Source: a virus
DNA length: 52,813 nt
Virus record (IMG/VR): IMGVR_UViG_3300025291_000002
Reading direction: 5' to 3' (one strand)
Every line of letters starts with the position of its first letter. Position 1 is the stretch's first letter. Of the stretch, positions 42,841-50,897 are shown piece after piece. The notes under the pieces are model-generated. The model did no database searches. It was not told where the DNA came from and was given only the letters and a program-made list of their open reading frames with translations. The translations under genes and the position numbers were made by a program.

Positions 42841-43756
42841 GAATTCTGCAATTTCGTGGACGCGCCACACTTGGAACCCGGTGATAGGCTGCACCAAGGT
42901 CAGCCCCGCGTGCGACGGGTGTTATGCGGAAGCGATGATGGATCACCGATATCATCGTGTGCAGTGGGGGAAGCCTGGACAAAAGGGGACGCTCTCCAGG
43001 ACAGGCGCCAGCACGTGGAATGATCCTTTAAGGTGGCAGCGCCAAGCCGAAAAGGACGGTGATCGTCCATTTGTCTTCTGCTGTTCTCTCGCTGACGTCT
43101 TTGACAATCAGTGGGATCCGCAATGGCGCGCCGACGCCTTTGAGGTAATGCGCAAGACGCCGCGCCTTGTTTACCTGCTGCTGACCAAGCGCCCTCAGAA
43201 CATCATCAAGCTTGCAACCGAGGCTGGCGGCTTGCCGAGCAACGCGGCGATCGGAACGACCATCGAGGATCAGAAGCGGGCCGATACCAACATTCCGGCA
43301 TTGCTGCGTGCGAAGCACGAGACGAATCCGCTCTTCGCCTTCCTTTCCTGCGAACCACTTGTGGGTGAGATCGATCTCGAATGGCCGAATAGCGTCTGGC
43401 CTGGCGGACCGCCGATGTGCTGCAACGGTTATATGTGCGGGTGCCGTGGCATGCCGACCGATCCTCCATTGATCTACGGCATCGACTGGGTAATCACCGG
43501 AGGAGAAACCGACCAGGGCGGGCATAAGGCGCGCCCCACTCATCCGGACTGGTTTCGTAAGCTGCGTGATCAGTGCGCTGCGTGGTCGGTGCCATTCCAC
43601 CATAAGCAGAACGGCGAGTGGGTGTCGGTCTCGGAGGTCGCCGGTCCTGGAGATCATTTCAAGTTCGAAGACGGCGCAACGGTTCGCCGGATCGGAAAGA
43701 AGCTATCCGGGCGCACGATCGACGGCGTCACCCACGACGCATTCCCGGAGGTGTGA
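42833..43756 (+). CDS. Phage Gp37/Gp68 family protein (DUF5131)
   Basis: ISWTRHTWNPVIGCTKVSPACDGCYAE signature. ATG 42833 precedes the RecT stop. Confidence 0.8.
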   Translation: MAENSAISWTRHTWNPVIGCTKVSPACDGCYAEAMMDHRYHRVQWGKPGQKGTLSRTGASTWNDPLRWQRQAEKDGDRPFVFCCSLADVFDNQWDPQWRADAFEVMRKTPRLVYLLLTKRPQNIIKLATEAGGLPSNAAIGTTIEDQKRADTNIPALLRAKHETNPLFAFLSCEPLVGEIDLEWPNSVWPGGPPMCCNGYMCGCRGMPTDPPLIYGIDWVITGGETDQGGHKARPTHPDWFRKLRDQCAAWSVPFHHKQNGEWVSVSEVAGPGDHFKFEDGATVRRIGKKLSGRTIDGVTHDAFPEV

Positions 43757-43757
43757 C

Positions 43758-43994
43758 ATGGGTCGAGAAGATTTCGAAGGCCTCGTCCCTCCTGCCATGC
43801 GTATCAGGCGCACGAAGATGCAGGAGGAGGCCAACCAGCTTGATCTTGAGGTGTTCCGGCTCATTGGCAAGCTGGAGGCCTTTGGCGTCCTCCATCGACT
43901 GAACGACGTCATCGACATGTCAAAGACCGTCGGCGCGCTGCGGTGGCGTGTTCGTCAACACATGCACAAGGCTGATCGGGAGAAGACATCATGA
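43758..43994 (+). CDS. Hypothetical 78-aa protein
   Basis: ATG behind GGAGG, 2 nt after the upstream stop. Confidence 0.6.
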   Translation: MGREDFEGLVPPAMRIRRTKMQEEANQLDLEVFRLIGKLEAFGVLHRLNDVIDMSKTVGALRWRVRQHMHKADREKTS

Positions 43995-44971
43995 CAACCT
44001 CCGCCGAATTCGCCCAGTGGCTCTCATCCGTCCGCAATGTCGGAACGTCGATGGCCAACACGCTCTACAATCTCCGGCAAGATCCGAAGATGTCGGCCGC
44101 GGATGCAAAGGTCATCAAAGAGATGATCGACGCGTGGGACGCGATACCGCAGTCCCCACCGCCCTCGTCACAATCGATGGGCGTCACCCTGACTGCTGAG
44201 ACCGTTATCGCGATGCGTGACGCCTTGATCCGCAATGATGTCTCGGAGGCCTATCACCAGCTCTACCAAGCCGTCGATCCGACCTTTTGCCGATATGAGC
44301 CTTGGGTTGATACCGAAGCGCAGCTGCGGCCCGCTCCCGCCGATCATCCGGTGGTGGGTGGCCAGATGCGCCGTATTGCCGAGTTGGAAGCAGAGCTTGA
44401 GGATGCGCGCCTTGAGATCGAAGGAGCGCGCCGCCGGAAGGTCACTGTAGGCAATCCATCGCGCGAGAGGTGCGAGCGCCTAGAAGCCGCGATACGGCCG
44501 ATCAATGACGAAGCGGCGGAACTCGTGGGGCTTGTACCGTTTTTCATTGAGCAGGCCGCGACCTGGCGGGGGATTGCCGCCGCCATGGGCTATGAACCGC
44601 TTGCCCACAAAGAGGTTCGCCCGAAAGGCCAATGGCTCAACGAGCGCGTTGCCATGTTCAGGGCGAAGGTCATTGAGGAAGGCCAGCCCACTCCCGCAGA
44701 TAATGTGCGGGCGGATGCCTGGATCGACGTCAACGAGCGTCTTCCGGGCGAGCAGGGCCACGACAGCGAAGACGTGTCCGTATTTCTCAATGGCCATTGT
44801 GGCCTTCTCGATCGTGAAAAGCGTAATGGCGGCGGCTGGGGCTACCGCACCGGCTTCTACGACGCGGCGAAGCAGTGCTTCCGCGTTCACGGCCAGTTAG
44901 ATCGGTTCGTTACACACTGGCAACCGCTTCCCGCTCCGCCCGCCACCGCAACTCCGGAGACGAAGCCATGA
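43991..44971 (+). CDS. Hypothetical protein with DUF551-like C-terminus
   Basis: The C-terminus WIDVNERLP...VTHWQPLPAPP matches the DUF551 pattern. Confidence 0.6.
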   Translation: MTTSAEFAQWLSSVRNVGTSMANTLYNLRQDPKMSAADAKVIKEMIDAWDAIPQSPPPSSQSMGVTLTAETVIAMRDALIRNDVSEAYHQLYQAVDPTFCRYEPWVDTEAQLRPAPADHPVVGGQMRRIAELEAELEDARLEIEGARRRKVTVGNPSRERCERLEAAIRPINDEAAELVGLVPFFIEQAATWRGIAAAMGYEPLAHKEVRPKGQWLNERVAMFRAKVIEEGQPTPADNVRADAWIDVNERLPGEQGHDSEDVSVFLNGHCGLLDREKRNGGGWGYRTGFYDAAKQCFRVHGQLDRFVTHWQPLPAPPATATPETKP

Positions 44972-45237
44972 GCGAGCACACCGTACGTTACGATTTCTGC
45001 CAGCTAACCTATTGGAACAACCACTCGATGGCGAAGGATGGCGAGGGTTGGACCGAATGCAAGGTTACGCCGCTCGGCGCCTATACCTACGGCGAGCAGA
45101 CCTTCGTTAACACCGAGCAGGATATCTACCGACGCGATGCGCTGATCGCCTTCCTTGAAAAGGCCTATGAGCTTGGCCGAGCGGCTGCGAAGCGCGAGAT
45201 CCGTGAAGTTCTCGGTGTGAAGGACCCACGCCTATGA
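44968..45237 (+). CDS. Hypothetical 89-aa protein
   Basis: ATGA-coupled (MSEHTVRYDF). Confidence 0.6.
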   Translation: MSEHTVRYDFCQLTYWNNHSMAKDGEGWTECKVTPLGAYTYGEQTFVNTEQDIYRRDALIAFLEKAYELGRAAAKREIREVLGVKDPRL

Positions 45238-45452
45238 CGGACAAACTCTCGAAATGCCCCGCCTGTGGTGGCCTCGGATACTTCCGCTGCGACTGCTGGC
45301 CGGGAGACTGCATCTGCGGCCAGGACGAAGACACATGCTTCGAATGCGAAGGTGAAGGGCTGATTGACCCGACATACGACGACGATTTCGGAGTGCCTTT
45401 CGAGGATGATGTCCCAGCACCGCCCTCGCAGGGGGAGGATGCCGATGGCTAG
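45234..45452 (+). CDS. Small Cys-rich protein with DnaJ-type zinc-finger-like CxxCxGxG repeats
   Basis: CPACGGLGYFRCDC ... CFECEGEG, with an acidic tail. Confidence 0.6.
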   Translation: MTDKLSKCPACGGLGYFRCDCWPGDCICGQDEDTCFECEGEGLIDPTYDDDFGVPFEDDVPAPPSQGEDADG

Positions 45453-45834
45453 ATCAGTCCCCGAGTGGATCGGCAAGCACGATGACCAGAAGGTTCCGGA
45501 CCGTGTGCGTATGCGCATTTTCGACCGGGAGAATGGCGTTTGCCACCTGACAGGCCGCAAGATAGATCCGGTCAGCGATGCCTGGGACCTCGATCATCGG
45601 GTTTCGCTCATCCTTGGCGGAGAGCACCGCGAGAGCAATCTCTTCCCCGCCCTGAAGGAGCCGCACAGGAAAAAGACTGCAGCAGAGGTTGCCGTAAAAT
45701 CGAAGATCGCCCGTACCCGGAAGAAGCATCTCGGCATCAAGCCAGACAAGGCCGGCGGCTTCAACAAGAGATTCCGGCGCAAAATGAATGGCGACGTCGT
45801 CGACACGCGCACTGGTGAGGTAATCAGCAGGTGA
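45445..45834 (+). CDS. HNH endonuclease
   Basis: CHLTGRKI...DLDHRVSLILGGEHRESNLFP. ATG 45445 behind GGGGGAGG. Confidence 0.8.
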   Translation: MARSVPEWIGKHDDQKVPDRVRMRIFDRENGVCHLTGRKIDPVSDAWDLDHRVSLILGGEHRESNLFPALKEPHRKKTAAEVAVKSKIARTRKKHLGIKPDKAGGFNKRFRRKMNGDVVDTRTGEVISR

Positions 45835-45859
45835 CCGCGCGAGAACGAAAGGTGAATTA

Positions 45860-46048
45860 ATGACCGATCACCTGCCCTACATCTACCGGTGGGATCGCCA
45901 AGGTCGGAAGGGCCAGCCGTGCGAGGTGCGCGCTCGCGGAACCATGAATAGCTGCGAGGTCCGCTTCGCCGACGGCTATACGATGATCACCAGCCGGAAT
46001 GCCCTAAAGCGTGCACCTGTGGATAAGTTCTGTGGAGATCGGGGATGA
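45860..46048 (+). CDS. Hypothetical 62-aa protein
   Basis: ORF with ATG 45860, coupled to the next gene. Confidence 0.55.
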   Translation: MTDHLPYIYRWDRQGRKGQPCEVRARGTMNSCEVRFADGYTMITSRNALKRAPVDKFCGDRG

Positions 46049-46323
46049 AAAAGCCCGCCTGCCTCGCTTATGGCGTTGCGCCCCGGCTTATCCCGGTCGA
46101 AGCGGCAGCCGCTTATTGCAGCATGACCATTGAGGAATTTGAAGATTTCTATTCAGGACGAGCAATCAAGTCCCGATCCGGGAAAACTCTCTACGATATT
46201 CGCCTGATTGACACATGGCTTGATCAGCGCGTCAGCATGTCAAAAGGTGCCACCGACCCGAAAACCTTGCTGAAAGGGCTAGGAGTTGGCGCGACCAAGA
46301 GTAAGACGGCGCATGTGGTGTGA
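46045..46323 (+). CDS. Excisionase-like small DNA-binding protein (positional)
   Basis: 92 aa, directly upstream of and overlapping the integrase. The segment LIPVEAAAAYCSMTIEEFEDF looks HTH-like. Confidence 0.5.
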   Translation: MKKPACLAYGVAPRLIPVEAAAAYCSMTIEEFEDFYSGRAIKSRSGKTLYDIRLIDTWLDQRVSMSKGATDPKTLLKGLGVGATKSKTAHVV

Positions 46324-47356
46324 CGGGATCAAGGGGATCAAGTCGTATCAGATCGGCGACGTCTGGTATCATTACGATCGGAAGAGCGGGAAGAAGATCG
46401 AGGCCCAAAGGGGCACGCCTGCCTTCAAAAAAGAAGTCGAGCGACTTCGAGGCAAGCCGAAAGCAGATGACTTCTACGGCACCATAGACGGTGCCATTCT
46501 GCTTTACGATCAGGATGACAGATGGAAATTCCTGCGCGAGAGCACCAAGGCGGATTACCGGAAGGTGCTGACCTGGCTGGAGACGGTTGGCTCTACGGCG
46601 CTTATCGACGTGACAAAGCCGTTTGCTGTCGAGCTGCGTAATCGCACATCAGAGGAAAAGGGATATCGGTTCGCCAACAAGACGTTGACGATCCTGAAGC
46701 TGTTAATGGATTGCGCGGAAGAGGCAGGCTGGATTTCTGAGCATCGCATCAAGGGCATCCCCTACGCAAAACGCCCACAAGAGCTCCCACAGCGCAACAA
46801 GCCGTGGACGGCTGATGAGTGCCGCCACATGCTCGCTAACGCCTCAGCGACTGTCCTGGTGCCTTTGGCGCTATGCATCTACCTCGGCTTCCGAATAGGG
46901 GACGCGCTCACGATCAGCTCCAAGGATTATGACGGCCGATCGATCCGCAAGGAGACCAACAAGCGTGGCGTCTTCGTATCGATCCCCGTACCGGCTCCGC
47001 TGAAAAGGATTTTGGACAATCGCCCTCGTGGTGATTCGGTAACGCTCGCCTTGAAGGCGGACGGCACGCCATGGGCTTACGGAGGCTATCACCAGCGGTT
47101 CAACGAACTGCGCGCCAAGCTTTCGACCGCCACCAAAGACAGGCCGATTCTCGTCCGCAGCGATATAACCCTTCACGGATGCCGCCATACGGTAGCGACG
47201 ATCCTCCGCGATGCGGGCTACAGCACGGAACAGGTGGCGCAATATCTCGGCCAGGAAGATGAAACGATGCCATTGCTGTACGGCAAGAGCGCAGAATTGA
47301 ATGCCGTAACGGGGCCAATGGCGGAAATTATCGCCCTGAAAGTCGGCGCGTCTTAG
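46313..47356 (+). CDS. int: Tyrosine recombinase / phage integrase
   Basis: C-terminal catalytic region LHGCRHTVATILRDAGYSTEQVAQYLGQEDETMPLLYGK (H-x-x-R ... Y). The start is ATG 46313 or TTG 46286. Confidence 0.9.
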   Translation: MWCDGIKGIKSYQIGDVWYHYDRKSGKKIEAQRGTPAFKKEVERLRGKPKADDFYGTIDGAILLYDQDDRWKFLRESTKADYRKVLTWLETVGSTALIDVTKPFAVELRNRTSEEKGYRFANKTLTILKLLMDCAEEAGWISEHRIKGIPYAKRPQELPQRNKPWTADECRHMLANASATVLVPLALCIYLGFRIGDALTISSKDYDGRSIRKETNKRGVFVSIPVPAPLKRILDNRPRGDSVTLALKADGTPWAYGGYHQRFNELRAKLSTATKDRPILVRSDITLHGCRHTVATILRDAGYSTEQVAQYLGQEDETMPLLYGKSAELNAVTGPMAEIIALKVGAS

Positions 47357-47379
47357 ACAGTTTCCGAAAATCTGTCTAA
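47353..47379. repeat. Inverted pair TTAGACAG-N11-CTGTCTAA at the integrase stop (arm-type site pair and/or int terminator)
   Basis: 8-bp perfect inverted repeat. It shares the TGTCTAA heptamer with the sites at 47486 and 47538. Confidence 0.5.
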
Positions 47380-47407
47380 ACGACAAAACATAAGTGGTTG
47401 AAAAGAT

Positions 47408-47455
47408 TGGAGGCCTCGCCCGGAATTGAACCGGGGTACAAGGATTTGCAGTCGC
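47408..47455 (-). other. attP core: 3' portion of tRNA-Cys(GCA), from the anticodon loop to CCA
   Basis: The minus strand reads GACTGCAAATCCTTGTACCCCGGTTCAATTCCGGGCGAGGCCTCCA. Parts: anticodon loop CTGCAAA, T-arm CCCGG-TTCAATT-CCGGG, acceptor 3' strand CGAGGCC, discriminator T, CCA. No matching 5' acceptor strand lies upstream. Confidence 0.75.
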
Positions 47456-47483
47456 CTCTTGGTTATTGAAAAGCCTGCATCAA

Positions 47484-47544
47484 ATTGTCTAAAAGGCTGA
47501 CCCGTCGCGCACAGGATCGTTAGTTTTTTCCTGTCATTGTCTAA
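47484..47544 (+). repeat. Two direct ATTGTCTAA 9-mers (47484..47492 and 47536..47544), candidate integrase arm-type sites
   Basis: Exact 9-mer repeated 52 bp apart on the side of the core distal to int. Confidence 0.45.
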
Positions 47545-47587
47545 GCGTTCTTGGGCTGTTCTCTACCCTCGACCGAGGCCGCGCGTC

Positions 47588-47842
47588 ATGACCCCCTTGA
47601 ACGAAATCCCCCTGCTCAACAACATAGTGGTGCACTGGCGGCTCATCGACGATGCATGGGAGATCGCCGCCTACCGCACATCAGGCGGCGGGGGAATGCT
47701 GAATTCTATAACGGGAGAGCCCATACGAAGGACATCGCAGGGAGGGCCGGGAACGGAAGAGTTCGGCCAGGCGCTGGGGATGGTCGTGATGATCGCCTGC
47801 ACCAGGATACAGAGCGACAGGATTAACGGATCGAGGCGCTAG
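47588..47842 (+). CDS. Hypothetical 84-aa protein (accessory locus next to attP)
   Basis: ATG 47588 behind GAGG. The ORF-track TTG start at 47537 falls inside an arm-type repeat. Confidence 0.5.
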   Translation: MTPLNEIPLLNNIVVHWRLIDDAWEIAAYRTSGGGGMLNSITGEPIRRTSQGGPGTEEFGQALGMVVMIACTRIQSDRINGSRR

Positions 47843-47845
47843 GCT

Positions 47846-48067
47846 GTGGAACGTCACGAGGAAGTCAGGAACGCCGTCGCTGATCTAATCAGAGAGCTAG
47901 GCAAGCAGGTCGGCGAGGAGTTCAGCATGTACGCGATCGGGGTGCCCCTCATCGAGAAGGGCTTCGATCAGGACGAGGTGGCGGGAGCCATCGAACAGCT
48001 GGTGCGCGATAAAGTCGTCGAGATCGTAAAGGGCACCAACGGCCTGCGGCTTTTGCGGCCGCTTTAA
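47846..48067 (+). CDS. Hypothetical acidic 73-aa protein
   Basis: GTG start 3 nt after the upstream stop. Helical, wHTH-like composition. Confidence 0.5.
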   Translation: MERHEEVRNAVADLIRELGKQVGEEFSMYAIGVPLIEKGFDQDEVAGAIEQLVRDKVVEIVKGTNGLRLLRPL

Positions 48068-48087
48068 ACGAATCGGAGGGGGAGAGG

Positions 48088-48189
48088 ATGTTTCGCCGTT
48101 ACGAGCCGCACTTCTGGATCATGGTGGCTCTGCTGGTGGGGTACGGCTTATATGGGCTGGGGAAACTGATCGCGGGAATGTTCGGCTAG
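48088..48189 (+). CDS. 33-aa membrane peptide (unlisted)
   Basis: My own translation: MFRRYEPHFWIMVALLVGYGLYGLGKLIAGMFG. Very strong SD GGAGGGGGAGAGG. Confidence 0.55.
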   Translation: MFRRYEPHFWIMVALLVGYGLYGLGKLIAGMFG

Positions 48190-48662
48190 GTCAGAAATGT
48201 CGTGATGCTGATCCCCGAGATCAGGCCGGCGATAAAGAGCGCGATACCGAACCGCAGCAGGCTCGCATTCGCCACCCGGCCATTGTCGACGTCGGGCGCC
48301 ATGGAGACCAGCGCAGCCGAGATCATCAGCATCCAGGAGATGAATGGCGAGACCGGCGAGTTTACCATGTCGTCAGGCCGACCGTAGATGTCGAGCGCGA
48401 TAGCCCAGATCCTCTGGCCGAACAGAATGACGAAGGTCATGTAAACGCCGACGATCAGGAAGTGGTAGCCCTGCCGACCGTCTCGGAGCGCATAGAAGGC
48501 GTCTCTGGTATAACGGACCAGGACCGCGAAGACCGCTCCCAATGCAAGGCTATAGGAGACCTTCGTAAGCTGATCGGGCTCGAGTAAGCTGTAGAGACCC
48601 CAGAACGATAAAACAGCACCCAAGACACCCCACGCCGCAAGGCTCTTTTTGAACCGCCTCAT
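48186..48662 (-). CDS. Polytopic membrane protein, last gene of the lysis operon
   Basis: 158 aa with about 5 hydrophobic helices. ATGA-coupled to the upstream gene. Confidence 0.7.
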   Translation of the reverse strand: MRRFKKSLAAWGVLGAVLSFWGLYSLLEPDQLTKVSYSLALGAVFAVLVRYTRDAFYALRDGRQGYHFLIVGVYMTFVILFGQRIWAIALDIYGRPDDMVNSPVSPFISWMLMISAALVSMAPDVDNGRVANASLLRFGIALFIAGLISGISITTFLT

Positions 48663-48844
48663 CTGCCCTGCCCTTCTCTCATGCTTTTTATGGCCTGCTC
48701 TGCAATCTCTTGCACTCTGTGCCGCCTGCGTTCGAACGTGATGGTGGCTTGCGCCAATTCCGCCCGTAGCTCTCGATGCTCTTGTTCGATCTGCTTGATC
48801 TGATCGTCCTTCGGCCTTCTGCTCAACCAGGCGGGCAGCGTCAT
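48659..48844 (-). CDS. Hypothetical 61-aa coiled-coil protein
   Basis: ATGA overlaps at both ends. Confidence 0.6.
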   Translation of the reverse strand: MTLPAWLSRRPKDDQIKQIEQEHRELRAELAQATITFERRRHRVQEIAEQAIKSMREGQGR

Positions 48845-49140
48845 CCCATCCTCCTGTCGATGTTGCGCATCAGCAGCGGAAGAACCGTATCCATTGTTTG
48901 CGTCAGCTTCTGAACCAGAGGGAGGATTGTCTTGAGCGTCTCGACATTGGCCGCCTGCGCTTCCTTGAGTTGCTCGTCGAACTCTTCGCGGTCCTTCGAC
49001 CGCCCCCGGCGCTCGTAGATGTAGAGGCCGGTCATGATGAGGGCGAGGACACCGATCGGCCCCTGAGAGATGAGATATGTGCCGAGCTCGCTGCCCACTT
49101 GTTCCATGCTATGCCACCTGTCCCGCCGCCATGCCTTCAC
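48841..49140 (-). CDS. 99-aa single-TM membrane protein (holin/antiholin-like candidate)
   Basis: Central TM GPIGVLALIMTGLYIY followed by a charged tail. ATGA-coupled to the o-spanin candidate. Confidence 0.6.
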   Translation of the reverse strand: MKAWRRDRWHSMEQVGSELGTYLISQGPIGVLALIMTGLYIYERRGRSKDREEFDEQLKEAQAANVETLKTILPLVQKLTQTMDTVLPLLMRNIDRRMG

Positions 49141-49442
49141 CGCTTGGTGCTGACCCCCGAATTGTAATCGTCCTCGTATGCCTTGCAGTCGTCAGCCAGC
49201 CGGTCGCGATTGTCTGCGGCAATTTCCCAGCGCTGGCGGAACACCACCCACGGCTCGTTTCTGAGCTTCACCCGCTCCATGTGCATCGTGCAGGCATCAG
49301 GAAGCACGAGACGCGGCCTGGCAGCCATAGCCTGCCCTTTGACCTCAGCCGCCTTCTCCGCGCGCTGTTCGAGCGTCTGACAGCCCTTGGCGCTCATCAA
49401 CAGGAGAGCGACAGGCAAGAGAATCAGTGCGCGCCTATCCAT
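49137..49442 (-). CDS. Outer-membrane spanin candidate (signal peptide, Cys after LLMSAKG)
   Basis: 101 aa. Its start overlaps the i-spanin 3' end by 19 nt. The lipobox is non-canonical (K at -2). Confidence 0.45.
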   Translation of the reverse strand: MDRRALILLPVALLLMSAKGCQTLEQRAEKAAEVKGQAMAARPRLVLPDACTMHMERVKLRNEPWVVFRQRWEIAADNRDRLADDCKAYEDDYNSGVSTKR

Positions 49443-49852
49443 CTGCGGTCCTCCTCGTTCGGCCGGGAGAGCTTGTCGTTCAGCTTCGCCTCGGCTTCCA
49501 GCGTCTCTAATCGAGCGTCTGCCGCCTGTTTCGCCCGCAGCGTTTCGTCAGCACGCGTTCTGGCGTTGGCGGCTGCTCGGTTCGCCTCAGACAACATGCG
49601 CTCTGTCGCGGCTAACTGAGCCGAAAGCGCGTCCCGTTCGAACGTCGTCACCATATCGGCTGTCGCCAGCTTCACTTGCTGGGCCGCATAGGTGTGGACG
49701 CGGCCGGCGGCGAGATCGCCGATTATCGGGATGTTCGGCAGGAAGGGGATCCGGGAAGCTCCGGGAATGCCTTCCTCATAAAGAAGCAGTCCGATGACGA
49801 GGACGCCGCCGATACCGATGAGACGCGCGATAGCGCCAAGGATTGCAAGCAT
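49424..49852 (-). CDS. Inner-membrane spanin (Rz-like)
   Basis: N-terminal TM IGIGGVLVIGLLLY followed by an Ala/Arg/Glu coiled coil. It lies downstream of the holin. Confidence 0.6.
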   Translation of the reverse strand: MLAILGAIARLIGIGGVLVIGLLLYEEGIPGASRIPFLPNIPIIGDLAAGRVHTYAAQQVKLATADMVTTFERDALSAQLAATERMLSEANRAAANARTRADETLRAKQAADARLETLEAEAKLNDKLSRPNEEDRRWIGAH

Positions 49853-50199
49853 CAGCGGCTCCCGGTGTCATTGGTGTTGAAGGGACGAGACGGCGGATCG
49901 TAGGGCTCGACAAGCGGCTCGCCGTCTACCGCTACCGGCGGCGAGGCATACGGAAGCCCCGTGCGGGTCGCGAGGATCGCGGCAATATCCTGGGCCGTCG
50001 CAAAACCGGTATAGAAAAACGCCAGCGAGATAATGAGAACGATCCAGCCCCACGCGATCGTCTGGTTGACGACGGTGTCAGGCGCGTTCTCCATGACCAT
50101 CAGCCGCCAGCAGGCGAAGACGATCAATGGGAAGATGACCGCACGCCGCCATTGCCAGCCAGGCTCGCCGCTGCGCTTCGCCTCTCTCGGCTTCGGCAT
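49852..50199 (-). CDS. Holin candidate (two TM helices)
   Basis: 115 aa with AVIFPLIVFACWRLMVM and IAWGWIVLIISLAFFYTGFA. It directly follows the endolysin. Confidence 0.55.
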   Translation of the reverse strand: MPKPREAKRSGEPGWQWRRAVIFPLIVFACWRLMVMENAPDTVVNQTIAWGWIVLIISLAFFYTGFATAQDIAAILATRTGLPYASPPVAVDGEPLVEPYDPPSRPFNTNDTGSR

Positions 50200-50792
50200 C
50201 AGGCCGCATCCTGCAGGGCGTCATAGAAGCGCTTGGCATAGCCGGCGATATCGTTGGCGCGATCGAGGCCGTTGATAATTTTGCGGGCGTTCACCCAGTC
50301 CGAGCTTTTCGGCGTGAAGTAATCCCCCAGCTTCTTGCCGGTGAAGAGCCCGCGCGCCATGCCTTCGAACATGATCCGGACGGCAACGTCATCCTGCATC
50401 GCCGCGTCTGGATTAACGACCAAGTCGACGCCGACGAGCTTGCTGAAGGTGGTGTAGTTTCGCCGGCCTGTCAGCTGGACGAGACCCCTGCCCGCAAACC
50501 TGACGCCATCGCCGGTCTGAGTGTTGCCGAGATCGGCGGCCACCTTCGGCCTCTGGCCTTTCGGGTCGTACATGCGGAAGAAATAATCCGTGCCGCCACG
50601 CTCGTGGATCGGCTGCATGGTCTGCCCGGTTTCGTGGAAGGCCGTTGCCAGCATGTAAGCCAGCCAGCGAGGATCGATGAAAGCCTTTCCGGCCTCGTCC
50701 AGCACTGCCTCCATGCCATTGACTTGCGACTGCGAGAGCGACCCGCCGAACAACGACGAGCGAACGCCCGCATAAAAATGCGCACGATTCAT
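50199..50792 (-). CDS. Endolysin, glycoside hydrolase family 19-like
   Basis: AFHETGQ ... FAGRGLVQLTGRRNY matches the GH19 chitinase/lysozyme signature. Confidence 0.75.
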   Translation of the reverse strand: MNRAHFYAGVRSSLFGGSLSQSQVNGMEAVLDEAGKAFIDPRWLAYMLATAFHETGQTMQPIHERGGTDYFFRMYDPKGQRPKVAADLGNTQTGDGVRFAGRGLVQLTGRRNYTTFSKLVGVDLVVNPDAAMQDDVAVRIMFEGMARGLFTGKKLGDYFTPKSSDWVNARKIINGLDRANDIAGYAKRFYDALQDAA

Positions 50793-50897
50793 TGGTGATG
50801 TCTCCGATGTTGAAAGAAAGGCACGCCGATGCGCGCCAGTGGTGCGGTGAGCGTCTATTTGCTAATGGCGTCTGCAAATCCGACAAATGGAGCAGAT

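Noticed and set aside
47408-47481. Functional tRNA-Cys gene carried by the phage
   Set aside because: Only the anticodon loop to CCA portion is present. The upstream sequence cannot pair with the acceptor 3' strand (no GGCCTCG) and the anticodon-stem 5' strand does not pair. It is an attP core, not a tRNA gene.
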